A stretch of 63,100 nt of DNA, filler included, from Pseudomonadota bacterium (GCA_043825735.1; 5 parts of 5 records of this genome joined end to end with filler, not necessarily neighbours in it); one strand, 5' to 3'. Positions 9,772 to 21,139 are shown, numbered from the whole stretch's first letter. Made by a program: numbers and translations. Notes: a model not told the origin generated them from the letters alone.

Positions 9772-12700
9772 ATGATGGTGAAGGGCCACCAGTGGCATAA
9801 ATGGACCATCAAGGATTGGAACGAAGCGCTCTTCGAGCACTTTTTTTTCGATTCGGATGGTGAAGACCGTCCCGTTTACCGCATCCCGGTAACCGGAGAC
9901 GAACTCCTTAAGGTGGTCAAGGATCCCGAAGCGGGCGTTGACGAAGTCCAGGAGGCGTTTCTGGCCACCCTTAGGGTGCCTTCTCATATCGAATTCAATC
10001 ACCGTTTATCCAGATATCCGATTAATTCTAAGGTCGGATGGCAGGGCACAGGAATCCCGCCATTTTTCGTGGAACTCGCATTCTCTTGTCTAGTTGCTTC
10101 GCCACCGGATGGAGAGATTCGGGGTGTTGGGGACTATCGGAACAGGCTCGCGTTGTTGATGGGTCACGATCGAGCCGCAACTAACTACCCTCTTGAGACT
10201 CTCGCTCCGTTGTGGGAGGCATTCGGCCGCTGGCTGGATGTGAGACGGGCTGCGGGTAGCCCGTATCGGAGACTGGAACTACCCCCACCGGATTACAGAG
10301 TTCGAATCGGATATTCGATCAATCTTGCATTTCCTTCACGCAAGGACCTTGAAAACCTGATCAGAGTTCTGTCGGGGCGAGAGTTAGCAGCCGATCCTCC
10401 TATACCATCTGTCTTCGCTCTTGTCGGGAAGGTGATCCACACCTTTAGCAAAGGATTCCGCAGAGCGTATGACGAGTTCCGAGAAGCATATCGAACCCGT
10501 AAGACAAATCTTGATCAATATCCATTCTGGGGAGCTATCCGCGAGGCGCTTGATAGCGTCGAAGAAACCCGACCAGGTGTGGAAGAAGACGGAGCGGCTC
10601 TCTTGCTCGTGATGGAGCCAGGCGGCATGGTGCTCCTTCTCAGCGACGCGCCAAGTGAAGTTGTCGAAGGCGAACTCTCGTTTGTTGGAGCTGACACGCC
10701 CTATGGGGAGTTTCGAAACGTTTTGTGTGTCGATATGGATTTCGAAAATGGTATCCAAAATGCCACGATCATGCTACTGCGAGGGCGATATCGGGGCCAC
10801 TTGACCGGTAAGGGTTGGTCTTCAATCCGCGCAGCCATAGAGCAGGGTGTCCTCCTTTTTGCGAAGACCGAGCGATTATCCTGGGAACTCGTGTTTCTCC
10901 GGCAGGAGGAGGGAGACTACCAGGCACTCGTCAAAGATTTTCTGGCACCGACCTTTCTCTCGGCCTTCAACGACGATCGACGCCCCCATCTGAGAGCTTC
11001 TCGATATCAAGGATGGGCAGTATTGGACCGCTTTCCCGGGGAGTGGCTGGCTTCGTTGCGGTACGACGATCGAAGCCCTCTCGCCAGGGTACGCTGTCTG
11101 CAACCTGTGGTTCGCAGAGCGCGGTTGTCGCTCGTCGGCGGTTGCCCGGTAGACGGTGGCTACCTGGGCATCCCCGAGTGCCTTCCCTCGGTTCGGGCGC
11201 CACTTTCCGACAAAGTCGAGTTGGTCCCCTTGGGACCGAAACGAGACGGTGACTCCCTTCGCCTCCCCAGACATACGCCCGATTCGGTCGAATTTGCATT
11301 CCCCAGGGGCTTCAAGACCCACCTGAAGGGCCGCTTTCGCTTTGTAGGGAGCCGTGGTGATCGGGTCTTGGTTCGTAAGGAAGTCGTCTTCCGACCGGAC
11401 ATCGTCGTAAACGATTATGCTCGGCCTACGAATCCAGATGCATGGCTCGTCGAAGCGGGAGGCCCGGACGTTATCACTTTCGGCGAGTCATGCAAGTGGG
11501 TACAGGCGAACAGCGATCAACTGGGTGAGAAGAATCACGGTAGTTGCACAGAAGGGAAACCACAAACCGGATCAAGCATACAATCCAGACCGAGGACGGG
11601 ACTTCGAGACTGGCGACGATTCGACTCTATCATCCAGCCAGGATTTTCCACCTGTAAGGCTTCGGGAGATTTGGGGGCCGCAGGTCGGCTCATGGAGATC
11701 TGCGGCGGACTCGCCATGCGGCGAAGGGGCATTCCGGAAGCGGAGTTCTTGGAGTTCCTGCAAAAGACGCTAAGGGTGGATCGATACCGGTTATGGGACG
11801 TGGTCCGCGGCTGGGTCGAGGCAGGATACCTTGACCAGTTGATGTACCGGAGATGGCGTAGGACTGAGTACTTTCCTCGTATTCCCCAGTTCCTATTGGA
11901 TCGTGATGGGGCGCGGGTTCGTGCGGCATTGTCCGGCTTGGCTACTAGTGCTCTTCGCAGCCGCGTGGATGTCGACCTCCTGAATAAAGGTGCCACGCGG
12001 ATTGAAACTCTTTCTTTTTCCGAGTGGGTCCCCCCGATTCCCATGTGGGTGGCGCCAGATACCAAGGCATTCGAAGGGGTGTCTGTATCCCTTGCACTGG
12101 ATGAGCCGACCTGGGTTCGACCGATAACAGATGCCCTCTGGCCCCTCTCAAGGGTAACCTCTTGCAAAGAGGATCCACCCCTATTCCACGATTGCTGGGG
12201 ATGCTGGGACTGGGAGCGGGGATGGTTCGTCAGGGAAACAGAGCTGAAGGGTGAAGGGATTGAGGTTGCTCGCTTCCTTCACACGGAGAGGCCGCCTTTC
12301 TACCAGGTTCTGGTAGATGGAGTGCACGTGTGGTGGAGCACGTCAAGAAACTGGGCCTTGCTGCTGGCCCACGAGCTCCTTGGTGTACCATGTTTCGCGA
12401 TGTCTGGGTCCGACCAGGTCGTTCGGTCGGCCAGCGGACAGGTCTATCTGCCACTTCAATTAGCCCGGCACCTCGCCGTAACGTGTCAGGTTACGCCTGG
12501 GCCTCTAAGCGATCGTTCTGGCGCGTATTGTTACCAGTTTCGGGACTCATCCGAGCGCTATCGCCTCCTGAGGTCGATCTGGGGTGGTGCTTCAACCCCG
12601 GTTGAAGAGTTGAGACGATGGGGCCGGTGGATGCTATGCATGTCGAGACGTCCACCTTTTGGCTTTGGCAATCGTTCCATGCCGTTGCCAACGTCGATCA

Positions 12701-12828
12701 GGCAAGAACTCGACCGATTCGCTGACGTGCCAGAGTTCCAGAAGTTGTCTCAAACCAGGCTCAACTCTTCTTTGCTCCCGCTACTGAAAGACGGGCTATC
12801 TCGCTTCACCAAGGATAGGGGGGATTGA
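9772..12828 (+). CDS. Large hypothetical protein (1018 aa); Druantia accessory subunit (DruF/DruH-like) by position
   Basis: Long ORF heading a tight operon that ends in a DruE-like helicase; no catalytic motif recognised. Confidence 0.6.
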   Translation: MMVKGHQWHKWTIKDWNEALFEHFFFDSDGEDRPVYRIPVTGDELLKVVKDPEAGVDEVQEAFLATLRVPSHIEFNHRLSRYPINSKVGWQGTGIPPFFVELAFSCLVASPPDGEIRGVGDYRNRLALLMGHDRAATNYPLETLAPLWEAFGRWLDVRRAAGSPYRRLELPPPDYRVRIGYSINLAFPSRKDLENLIRVLSGRELAADPPIPSVFALVGKVIHTFSKGFRRAYDEFREAYRTRKTNLDQYPFWGAIREALDSVEETRPGVEEDGAALLLVMEPGGMVLLLSDAPSEVVEGELSFVGADTPYGEFRNVLCVDMDFENGIQNATIMLLRGRYRGHLTGKGWSSIRAAIEQGVLLFAKTERLSWELVFLRQEEGDYQALVKDFLAPTFLSAFNDDRRPHLRASRYQGWAVLDRFPGEWLASLRYDDRSPLARVRCLQPVVRRARLSLVGGCPVDGGYLGIPECLPSVRAPLSDKVELVPLGPKRDGDSLRLPRHTPDSVEFAFPRGFKTHLKGRFRFVGSRGDRVLVRKEVVFRPDIVVNDYARPTNPDAWLVEAGGPDVITFGESCKWVQANSDQLGEKNHGSCTEGKPQTGSSIQSRPRTGLRDWRRFDSIIQPGFSTCKASGDLGAAGRLMEICGGLAMRRRGIPEAEFLEFLQKTLRVDRYRLWDVVRGWVEAGYLDQLMYRRWRRTEYFPRIPQFLLDRDGARVRAALSGLATSALRSRVDVDLLNKGATRIETLSFSEWVPPIPMWVAPDTKAFEGVSVSLALDEPTWVRPITDALWPLSRVTSCKEDPPLFHDCWGCWDWERGWFVRETELKGEGIEVARFLHTERPPFYQVLVDGVHVWWSTSRNWALLLAHELLGVPCFAMSGSDQVVRSASGQVYLPLQLARHLAVTCQVTPGPLSDRSGAYCYQFRDSSERYRLLRSIWGGASTPVEELRRWGRWMLCMSRRPPFGFGNRSMPLPTSIRQELDRFADVPEFQKLSQTRLNSSLLPLLKDGLSRFTKDRGD

Positions 12829-12829
12829 G

Positions 12830-15028
12830 GTGTCCGACATCGTCTACATCGGCCGAGTCAAGTGGATGCACGAGAACTACGAGAAGAACTATCGCCATGC
12901 GACAGTGGAGCCTCTGATCCGATCGTCCGAGGATCGAAAGCGCTGGATCGGGTCCATTGAAAACCCAGTGGATGACTTCCCAGCCAGGGGTTTCGTAAAT
13001 TGGCACGACGCCCCCAAAGGTTTAGAAATGGGTGATTTCCGCCAATTTGATCTGGATCACCATCCGTTCTACAAGGGGGAGCCTGACAAGGAAGCATTTC
13101 AGATCAGGAACTCAAAGTATCCGACAGAAATTATCGACCTCAGGGACATCGGGTCGGAACGCGACATTCGCATCCTTCTGACGACAAAGGGAATATTTTT
13201 TAACGAGAGGCCCCTTGTCGATCGATGCGTGCTGTGGATTCATGACAAGAAGTGGGTCGGCCCCGTGGACCTTCTTCGGAGAGTTGGAACCAGCTCCTGG
13301 GTCTTGGCCCCCTCGCAGAGGCTCGATTCGATACGTTGTTGGAATATACCCACCGCCTCTATCCAACAGATAGAACTGGAGGGGACGAGATACTTGCTGA
13401 CCCCGAATCAGGATAATTTGGGGCAGCATAAGGGTTTCGTTACATGGGAAGCAGACGAGGTCTTGGCAAGACGAGTGTTGAACAGACTCCGGAAGCGGGA
13501 CAGAAAGACCGCAGATGCATTGAAGATTTCAAAAGATGTTTTCAAGACCTACATCGACATAGTAGAAAAGGCAGGGCTGGTAGGTTCGGAACTACATCAG
13601 GAGCTGTCTTTCAGAGAACGGATCCAAGAAATATTGAATGTCATCGCCAAGAACGAGGAACTCTTGGACGAAGCTGTCAACGTTTGTTTCGACATCGGTC
13701 CAGTTAAACAAAAAATGGAAGAGAAGGCGGAAGCGGAATATCAAAAGAAACTCTCGGAGCAAGAAGCACTACTGGACATAGATCTCACTACCAAGAAACG
13801 GGAGATTGATGACATTGAGGTTGATTTAAGAAATAAAAAGTCAAAGCTTGATTCTTTGCAGGTCTTAATCACAACCGCTGAACAGAAATTGGCTAAGCAT
13901 GTGAGCCAGTTCGACAAAGAACTGTCCGAGAAGCTCCGAGAAGTCGCTGAGAAGCCGGAACGGCTATTTGCAGAGATGGCTTTCATCGGGGCAATTTCGT
14001 CGGCGATCCGGCCCCCAATTTCTGTGCTACAACGAAGAGCGCTTCGCGCAAAGCAAATCATCGTACCCGATGTCCCGATCATACGAGAACCGAGTGGCTT
14101 GGTGGGGGCGCTTTCTAGGCGACTGCTGAGCATTGGTGTCTCGCCGCAGGTCGGACAAGCACTCCACTGCGCATTGGCCTCTGGTACCGTCCCTGTTGTG
14201 ACCGGGCCCGATGCCCTTAACGTGGTCCGCTGCTATGCCGATTGCGTTTCGGGCGGTGTACTCCACTGGATTCCCGTCGGTGGAACGCTCTTGGAGCCAG
14301 CTGATTTGATGGGTAGGGTTGATCCAGTTTCAGGTTCCTTCTTTCCTCACCCCAGCGGCTTGCTCGATTTGCTCCTTGACGATTCGGACGCCGTTCATCT
14401 CGTGGTTTTGGATGGGTTCAATCGAGCCGCCTCGGATGGGTACTTGCTGCCACTAATACAGTCGCTTCGAGACGCAGCCGAAGGACGCGATCAACTTACC
14501 ATTCCACTCGTTCCGCAAGGCTTTTTCCAATATGGAGATTTCTATGAGGCCGCTCACCGCGTCGCCGTGGGCCGCAACATCCTCCTAGTGTTGAGACCCA
14601 CTACTGGAGCCTCTGTACTACCTGTGGCACGTGAGCTTTGGGAGCATTGTGCTGTGATCAATACTGAACTGTCAGCAGGTGTAAGTGAATCATCAGAGCA
14701 GGCGAGTCGGGTGCTCAAAGCGGACTGGAATGTATGGTTCGACCAGGCCCTCTCCCTCTCCGTGCCAATAGAAAAACTCTCTGAGCAACCCAAGGCGAGC
14801 GCTCCTTTGCCTCGCATCATACGGCGCAAGATCGAACGAATCTATGGGGCAGGAGCGTTATTAGAATTGAACCCGGACAGGGCGACTGACCAAGCTTTAA
14901 AGGTCGCCTTGTTGCCCTATCTCGTGGCTTGCAACGAGCCGATAGACGAGTGGTCGAGGATCTTGGGGCTGGAATTGGACGAACTAGATCGTCGAGTCGT
15001 AGATCTCGTACGACGACTGAAGGGGTGA
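12830..15028 (+). CDS. Coiled-coil protein with degenerate McrB-like AAA+ C-terminal domain; DruG-like by position
   Basis: Central K/E-rich coiled coil; VVTGPDA (broken Walker A), EPADLMG, VVLDGFNRA..YLLPL (compare McrB-type LDEMNLA). Starts 1 nt after the upstream stop. Confidence 0.6.
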   Translation: MSDIVYIGRVKWMHENYEKNYRHATVEPLIRSSEDRKRWIGSIENPVDDFPARGFVNWHDAPKGLEMGDFRQFDLDHHPFYKGEPDKEAFQIRNSKYPTEIIDLRDIGSERDIRILLTTKGIFFNERPLVDRCVLWIHDKKWVGPVDLLRRVGTSSWVLAPSQRLDSIRCWNIPTASIQQIELEGTRYLLTPNQDNLGQHKGFVTWEADEVLARRVLNRLRKRDRKTADALKISKDVFKTYIDIVEKAGLVGSELHQELSFRERIQEILNVIAKNEELLDEAVNVCFDIGPVKQKMEEKAEAEYQKKLSEQEALLDIDLTTKKREIDDIEVDLRNKKSKLDSLQVLITTAEQKLAKHVSQFDKELSEKLREVAEKPERLFAEMAFIGAISSAIRPPISVLQRRALRAKQIIVPDVPIIREPSGLVGALSRRLLSIGVSPQVGQALHCALASGTVPVVTGPDALNVVRCYADCVSGGVLHWIPVGGTLLEPADLMGRVDPVSGSFFPHPSGLLDLLLDDSDAVHLVVLDGFNRAASDGYLLPLIQSLRDAAEGRDQLTIPLVPQGFFQYGDFYEAAHRVAVGRNILLVLRPTTGASVLPVARELWEHCAVINTELSAGVSESSEQASRVLKADWNVWFDQALSLSVPIEKLSEQPKASAPLPRIIRRKIERIYGAGALLELNPDRATDQALKVALLPYLVACNEPIDEWSRILGLELDELDRRVVDLVRRLKG

Positions 15029-15031
15029 AAA

Positions 15032-18000
15032 ATGCAAGATCCGGTCGGCGGTTTCGAGCGCATTAGAGATCTCTACATAACCTACACCGAGACAGCATTC
15101 CGGGTTCGCGATCCTGGGGTGACGAGAGAACGACGCCACCTACTCGAATCCCCGGGTTCGCTCTGCACGGAACCACTTTTGGAGCCGATTCCCAGGTATG
15201 CATCAGACTACAGGATTGAGTCACTGGTTACAGACGCCCCCGCGGATCATAGGCTACCGGGTCTATCTCCGCAGGCGCGACGGGCCTTTGTCGATCTCGT
15301 TCTCTCTGGCCTTATAGACGCCGAATTCACTGCGGAGGGGAAACGAGTATCCGCCTTCGAGATCTACGAGCATCAGGCCACAATGCTGAAACGAGGAGTC
15401 CAGGAGGGGCGCCCAGGGATCGTTACCTCTGGTACGGGGTCCGGGAAGACCGAATCCTTCCTGTTGCCGATCTTCGCTCAGATCGCTAAGGAGGCCATCA
15501 ATTGGCCTGCGCCGAAGGATGGTTATCTGGTTAGACGATGGTGGCAACGCCCGGACGGTCAACCGTACGCGAAGTATACAGAGATACCCGATCATCTGCG
15601 ACCGTCGAAAAAACGTCAAAGCACCACTCCGTTTCGTATCCAGAGGGAAGGCGAACATCCGGAGAGACCGAAGGCCCTTCGGGCGATCGTTTTGTACCCT
15701 ATGAACGCGTTGGTCGAAGACCAGATGACCCGCATCCGTGTCGCCTTGGACTCGGACGTAGCACGCACAGCTATGGACAGAAACTTCAAGGGGAACCGGA
15801 TCTTTTTCGGCCGGTATACGAGCATGACGAAGGTTACCGGATTCCACCTACATCCAAGGCCGAACGAAGACGAGGGAAATGGACAACTAGAATACGAGAG
15901 GCGCTCCAGAAAGCTCCAAGAGCTGTTCGCCACTAGCGTTGCAATGCAGGAAACCCAGGTGAGGGCACGAGAGATCGACGAGAAAAGGAGCGGAGATGAC
16001 GAGGAGGTTCGCTATCTGTTCCCCTCGGTGGATGGGGGCGAATTGACCAGCCGCTGGGACATCCAGGAAACTCCTCCGGACATCCTGATCACGAACATCA
16101 GCATGCTGAACGCCATCTTAGCCCGAGAGGTGGATTCTCCGATTATCGACCAGACACGAGAGTGGATATCGACCAACGATGACGCGTATTTTTTTCTGGT
16201 TCTCGACGAATTGCACCTCCAGCGCGGATCGGCTGGTACAGAAGTCTGCTATCTCCTAAGACTATTATTCGAGCGCCTCGGACTCACCGATCCTGTAAAT
16301 CGCCACAAACTTCGGATCCTCGCGTCCAGTGCTTCGTTGCCGACTGAAGGAAAAGGCGGTGAGGACAGCCTGCAGTATCTCTGGGACATGTTCGGAGTCC
16401 ACGGAATGTGGACGAAGGCGGATGGGCGTCCCCCCGACCCGAATGCCATTTGGAAGGAGTCCATCGTACCAGGCCGCACTGTGGACGAAACCCCGTTGTG
16501 CAAACACAGCCTTGACCCGGCGCCATTTCGGGCGTTGCTGAACGCAAGCCGTGCTACCACTCGCGAAATCGCCAAACTGGCGGCCCCCTCTACTGCACAG
16601 CCCCTCTGGCGAGATGTATACGCAGCGCTGTTTCCTGGCATTAGACCACCCAAGATTGGGGAATTGGTCGCGGCCTGCATTGCTGAAGCGGCGAAGAGAG
16701 TTGCTTGGGCGTGCTGGTCCGGAAGCGAAGGCCGCTACCGGACCAAGACGATGACCGTCCTGGCCGAGAAGCTCTTCGAAAGCGGCGAAGGATTCGGGGG
16801 CGAAGCACTCCAGGGACTCCTCCTGGTGCGTGGTGCGACGGAATCCTTTTCCAGTTGGTGGCCGAACACGAAGTTGCCAGACGCACCGTCATTCAGGATG
16901 CACACGTTCTTTCGCAGTATTGAGGGGCTCTTTGCCGCTGTGAGTGACTCGTCAGACATCCCAAAGGAACACCAGAGCCCTCAGCGCGTGATCGGACCAG
17001 TAACGGTGGACCGAGGGGTTCGGTTCGAAAAAGCCTACGGTGGCGAAGTTGGCAATCGCATCGTTGAGCTGGTATACTGCGAATGCTGCGGCGAACTGTT
17101 CCTGGCAGGAGCCAAGGGGGAAGACCCCAATGGTGAGTTCGTAGAACTGCTTCCCTGCGAGCCACAACTAGAGGGCCTACCAGATTCGGCCGCTCAGCAG
17201 TTCTTCGAGGACCTGAGCGCTAAAGAGTTCGCACTCTTCTGGCCCACCGAAAGGAACCAGCTCTTCTGGCCGAACACCGAAAGAACCCCAGATGACCCTC
17301 AAGTCGGGGTGTGGAAAAAGGCAGTTTACGACCATCGTTCCGCAAGAATCAGATTCGCCTCTATGACGTCCGGTTCGGTGCCACCCTGCAACGTCCGGGG
17401 TTTCTACTACCACCGTGCCGAGGCAGGCAAGGACCATCACAAACGCAATAGTTCGGCCCCAGGGACCGCCGTCCCTTATGAATGCCCTTCTTGCGCCAGT
17501 GACTATAGCGGCAGAGATCTGGGGTTTCGGCTCTCTCCGATCAGGAACTTTCGAGCTGGCTTCGCGAAGACGACTCAGCTCCTTTCCACGGAGATGTTCG
17601 GACTCCTGCGCATTGACGACGTAACCCCCAAGTTGGTGTCCTTCTCCGACAGCAGACAAGATGCCGCCCGAGCCGCTCTCGACATTGAGTCGCGGAGACA
17701 TCAGGATTTATGGAGGGAACTGCTCGTACGGGAACTGCGAAAAGTAGACGCGGCTAAGCCCAATAAGGAGGTCTTGGAACGCAAAATAAAGGAACTCGAA
17801 GCACAGATCCGCCAAGCCTGGATGTCGGATGTCCCAGGCAGTAATGACAAGGCAATGGCCTTCATGGAAGAGCTGAAAACTGCTAAGAACGCACTCAAGA
17901 ACGCGAACCGGGATGAGATCCCTCTGTCGGAGATAATAGAATCTAATAAGGCCACGGGAGAGTTCTTCATGCGGCGTGAAGACGGCAGGAAACCTTTGAA

Positions 18001-21000
18001 GGCCGTGCTTGCCGGTTTCGTGGGGATTGGAGTCCATCCCGTGTCCTCTACCGGTGTCGGGTGGATCAAAGCCGAGGGCGATAAATGGTACACCTGGGAA
18101 AAGCTCTTTACAATCAACGCTGACAAACGTGCCGACTGGCGAGATTACTCCACGGATTCTGAGCAGATCAACGTTAACACCGCTCGGCACAAACTAGTAT
18201 CTAAGGCACAGAAGCTTGTCACCGAAGTGATCTTCAACAAGACCTACTTTTCTTTGGAAGAGACCGGACTCGGATACCCCTGTGTGCCCAGCGAGTTCCC
18301 GCCCGATCGTCAGGTTGTGCTGGACGCATTCCTCCGTGTCTTCGGGGATGCTTATCGCTTGTCCGATAGCCCCTGGGCCGAGAAACCCTCCGACTACTCT
18401 GCCGAGTGGAGTTCGTCAGCAGAAATCGGACCAAGACACAGGGTGCGCAAATTCGCTCAGTCCATCTGGTCTGACGAAGACCAAGTGAACGAAGAACTTG
18501 ACCGTGTTTTAGAGGACCTCTCACTCGTTGGGCACAAGGGTGGCTACGTTTCGACTTCTGCTCTTTGTATTCGACTTGTGGGTGACGATCACCCATTCTG
18601 GAGGTGCCCTAATTGTGGTCGAGTCCACTTGCATCGTGGGGTGGATCGATGCACACGCTGCCAAGAGGTACTGCCGGAAACAGCTGACGGGGAGGCAAAG
18701 GACCTGCGCCGGACCAGCTTCCTTGCGAAACGAATCGAACGAGACGATCACACCTTCCGGCTACGTTGCGAAGAACTGACGGGCCAGACTGACGATCCAG
18801 CCGATCGGCAACGACGTTTCAAGGGCATCCTTATCGAAGACGACCCGGAGCCCTTGCTGGAACTCGCTCGGATCGTGGATCTGCTGACTGTCACCACCAC
18901 AATGGAAGTCGGGATCGATATCGGCCCGCTCCGCGCCGTGTTCCAGGCGAACATGCCGCCACAACGGTTCAACTACCAGCAGCGTGTGGGGCGTGCCGGT
19001 CGACGCAAGCGCGCCTACTCAATGGCACTCACGATCTGCCGTAGCAAGAGCCATGATCTGCACTACTTCTGGCATCCAGAGTCGATCACCGGAGACGACC
19101 CTCCGCCACCGTTCCTCACGAAGTCCCAAGCGACATCGGCTCTGCGGTTCCTTCGCAAAGCATGGATGTGCAAGGCCTTCGAGAACATCCGAATCGCCTG
19201 CCAGGCAAAGGGGCTTCCGTATCCGGGAGACAGCATCAAGCCGCCCGATATTCATGGTGAATTTGTGCCAATGCGAGCGTTCTCGGATCCGGCACTCGGT
19301 TGGAAGACGATGTTGAGGAAGAAGTTGGAAGAGACCAAGGCGTATCGCCGCAAGATTCAAGACGTCCTCGTCGAGGACTCCAAGTTGATCTTCGATTCAA
19401 CGCTCGCATCTTATGACATCGGCAACCTACTCAAGGAGATAGAAGATGTGGAGGGTTCTGGAATCGAAGAACGAGGCCTTGCACATACGCTTGCCGAGGC
19501 GGGTCTCCTCCCCATGTACGGGATGCCTACGCGAGTTCGAAACCTCTACTGCAACCACCAACGCCAAGACACGGACGTGCCGATCCGAAGCTGGGACACC
19601 ATCGACCGCGATTTGGACTTGGCGATCTATGAATTCGCTCCGGGATCGGCGCTCGTGAAGGATAAGCTTCAGCACCGGTGCATCGGTTTCACCGGACCGC
19701 TCGCCGATTTCCGTGACTTGGCACGGAAGGGGGCCACTATTGAAGTCAACCCGATGGGTCCAGCGTTTACTGAATCCTTTTGGATGGTTCAGTGTACGAA
19801 GTGTGGGGCTTGGAGCCGTTTCCTGTCGAAACCCGAACCGGGGGAACAGGAGTGTGGGGCTTGCGGCGGCATGGTGGATCGCCAGCGCGCAACTGAATGC
19901 CGGGTTCCCAGTGGATTCAGAACCGATTTTTTCCCCCGCTCATTCGACGATGAAGTTGTTGAATCCCGTAAGCACAGGTCGCTCACGGCAGAGGGAATGC
20001 CTTTGCGAATGAATGACGATCCTAACTCGAACCTGTCGTACGCCTGTGAAACGAAGAGTCGGACTTATCGTCTCAACCGAGGAAAGAGGGTCGAGGACAG
20101 CTCGGTGCGATGGGAAGGCTACGGAGCGTCTGGAGGAAGCGAGCGACTCAAGCGCGCGAGGCAATGTTTTCTAAATGGTCAATTCATAGGGGATGGCCAG
20201 TCGACCCACGGCGATTTCCAGCCCGATCCAGCTGCAGACTCCTTCGACGGGATCTGGCTCGCCGCCCCCAAGACGACAGATTCCCTCTTCGTTGCACCCA
20301 AAGTGGTTCCAATTGGGCTCAAACCAAACCTCTGGGGAGCCGAGATAGAACGAGATCCTGCGATTCGCGCGGCCGCCCTTTCGGCCACATTCATTCTGGT
20401 GCACCGCGCTGCACTAGAATTGGACGTCGACCCCGAGGAATTCGATGTCATCGAGCCTCGAATGGGGAAGCCAGGAGGCAGGTCGGCGGTTCCGATCCTC
20501 CAGTTCACAGACCACCTGATCAACGGGGCAGGGTTTTGCGAACGCCTGGCCAAGAAGGAGGCAAGCGGATCTCCCATGCTCGCAAGATTGATCGGATCGA
20601 TCATCCGAGATAAACACGAGTACCCCCTGAAGGACTTCTTGAAAGTCGAGACGAAACCGAAGCAATACGATCACCGGGAACAGTGCGATCAAGCTTGCTA
20701 TAGGTGTCTCCAGCGCTATGGGAACCAGATGTACCACGGGTTGCTCGACTGGCGATTGGGACTCGCCTTTCTCCAAATGATGCACGATCCCAAATTCAAG
20801 TGCGGATACGACGGCAACTTCAAGGGTCCTGCTCTGGAAAACTGGCCGAAACTCGCAGCACGATACGCCGAAGAAATGATCCGTTTCGAGAACGGCAAGG
20901 GAGAGGTCAAGAATGTAGGAGATTTGGTCGCCTTCAGGTTGGGCGATGAACCGCATTGGTCGATCGTTGTGCACCCATTGTGGGATACCGATGCTATGCC

Positions 21001-21139
21001 AGGAATCGTTGAGGATGCATGGAACGCCCTTGATGGGCACAAGGTCAAGCGGGTTTTCTCAAATACCTTCGAATTGGCCAGGCGCCAGATAAGGGAGCGG
21101 CAGCGGTTGCTGACGCGAGAGACATGGAAGGAAGCCTGA
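15032..21139 (+). CDS. druE: Giant DEAD/DEAH-box helicase with DUF1998-like C-terminus; Druantia DruE-like
   Basis: 2035 aa. TSGTGSGKTESF, LYPMNALVEDQ, PPDILITN, VLDELH, FSDSRQDAA, TTTMEVGIDIG, NYQQRVGRAGRR, and C-terminal D..INGAGF...CDQACYRCL. Confidence 0.8.
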   Translation: MQDPVGGFERIRDLYITYTETAFRVRDPGVTRERRHLLESPGSLCTEPLLEPIPRYASDYRIESLVTDAPADHRLPGLSPQARRAFVDLVLSGLIDAEFTAEGKRVSAFEIYEHQATMLKRGVQEGRPGIVTSGTGSGKTESFLLPIFAQIAKEAINWPAPKDGYLVRRWWQRPDGQPYAKYTEIPDHLRPSKKRQSTTPFRIQREGEHPERPKALRAIVLYPMNALVEDQMTRIRVALDSDVARTAMDRNFKGNRIFFGRYTSMTKVTGFHLHPRPNEDEGNGQLEYERRSRKLQELFATSVAMQETQVRAREIDEKRSGDDEEVRYLFPSVDGGELTSRWDIQETPPDILITNISMLNAILAREVDSPIIDQTREWISTNDDAYFFLVLDELHLQRGSAGTEVCYLLRLLFERLGLTDPVNRHKLRILASSASLPTEGKGGEDSLQYLWDMFGVHGMWTKADGRPPDPNAIWKESIVPGRTVDETPLCKHSLDPAPFRALLNASRATTREIAKLAAPSTAQPLWRDVYAALFPGIRPPKIGELVAACIAEAAKRVAWACWSGSEGRYRTKTMTVLAEKLFESGEGFGGEALQGLLLVRGATESFSSWWPNTKLPDAPSFRMHTFFRSIEGLFAAVSDSSDIPKEHQSPQRVIGPVTVDRGVRFEKAYGGEVGNRIVELVYCECCGELFLAGAKGEDPNGEFVELLPCEPQLEGLPDSAAQQFFEDLSAKEFALFWPTERNQLFWPNTERTPDDPQVGVWKKAVYDHRSARIRFASMTSGSVPPCNVRGFYYHRAEAGKDHHKRNSSAPGTAVPYECPSCASDYSGRDLGFRLSPIRNFRAGFAKTTQLLSTEMFGLLRIDDVTPKLVSFSDSRQDAARAALDIESRRHQDLWRELLVRELRKVDAAKPNKEVLERKIKELEAQIRQAWMSDVPGSNDKAMAFMEELKTAKNALKNANRDEIPLSEIIESNKATGEFFMRREDGRKPLKAVLAGFVGIGVHPVSSTGVGWIKAEGDKWYTWEKLFTINADKRADWRDYSTDSEQINVNTARHKLVSKAQKLVTEVIFNKTYFSLEETGLGYPCVPSEFPPDRQVVLDAFLRVFGDAYRLSDSPWAEKPSDYSAEWSSSAEIGPRHRVRKFAQSIWSDEDQVNEELDRVLEDLSLVGHKGGYVSTSALCIRLVGDDHPFWRCPNCGRVHLHRGVDRCTRCQEVLPETADGEAKDLRRTSFLAKRIERDDHTFRLRCEELTGQTDDPADRQRRFKGILIEDDPEPLLELARIVDLLTVTTTMEVGIDIGPLRAVFQANMPPQRFNYQQRVGRAGRRKRAYSMALTICRSKSHDLHYFWHPESITGDDPPPPFLTKSQATSALRFLRKAWMCKAFENIRIACQAKGLPYPGDSIKPPDIHGEFVPMRAFSDPALGWKTMLRKKLEETKAYRRKIQDVLVEDSKLIFDSTLASYDIGNLLKEIEDVEGSGIEERGLAHTLAEAGLLPMYGMPTRVRNLYCNHQRQDTDVPIRSWDTIDRDLDLAIYEFAPGSALVKDKLQHRCIGFTGPLADFRDLARKGATIEVNPMGPAFTESFWMVQCTKCGAWSRFLSKPEPGEQECGACGGMVDRQRATECRVPSGFRTDFFPRSFDDEVVESRKHRSLTAEGMPLRMNDDPNSNLSYACETKSRTYRLNRGKRVEDSSVRWEGYGASGGSERLKRARQCFLNGQFIGDGQSTHGDFQPDPAADSFDGIWLAAPKTTDSLFVAPKVVPIGLKPNLWGAEIERDPAIRAAALSATFILVHRAALELDVDPEEFDVIEPRMGKPGGRSAVPILQFTDHLINGAGFCERLAKKEASGSPMLARLIGSIIRDKHEYPLKDFLKVETKPKQYDHREQCDQACYRCLQRYGNQMYHGLLDWRLGLAFLQMMHDPKFKCGYDGNFKGPALENWPKLAARYAEEMIRFENGKGEVKNVGDLVAFRLGDEPHWSIVVHPLWDTDAMPGIVEDAWNALDGHKVKRVFSNTFELARRQIRERQRLLTRETWKEA

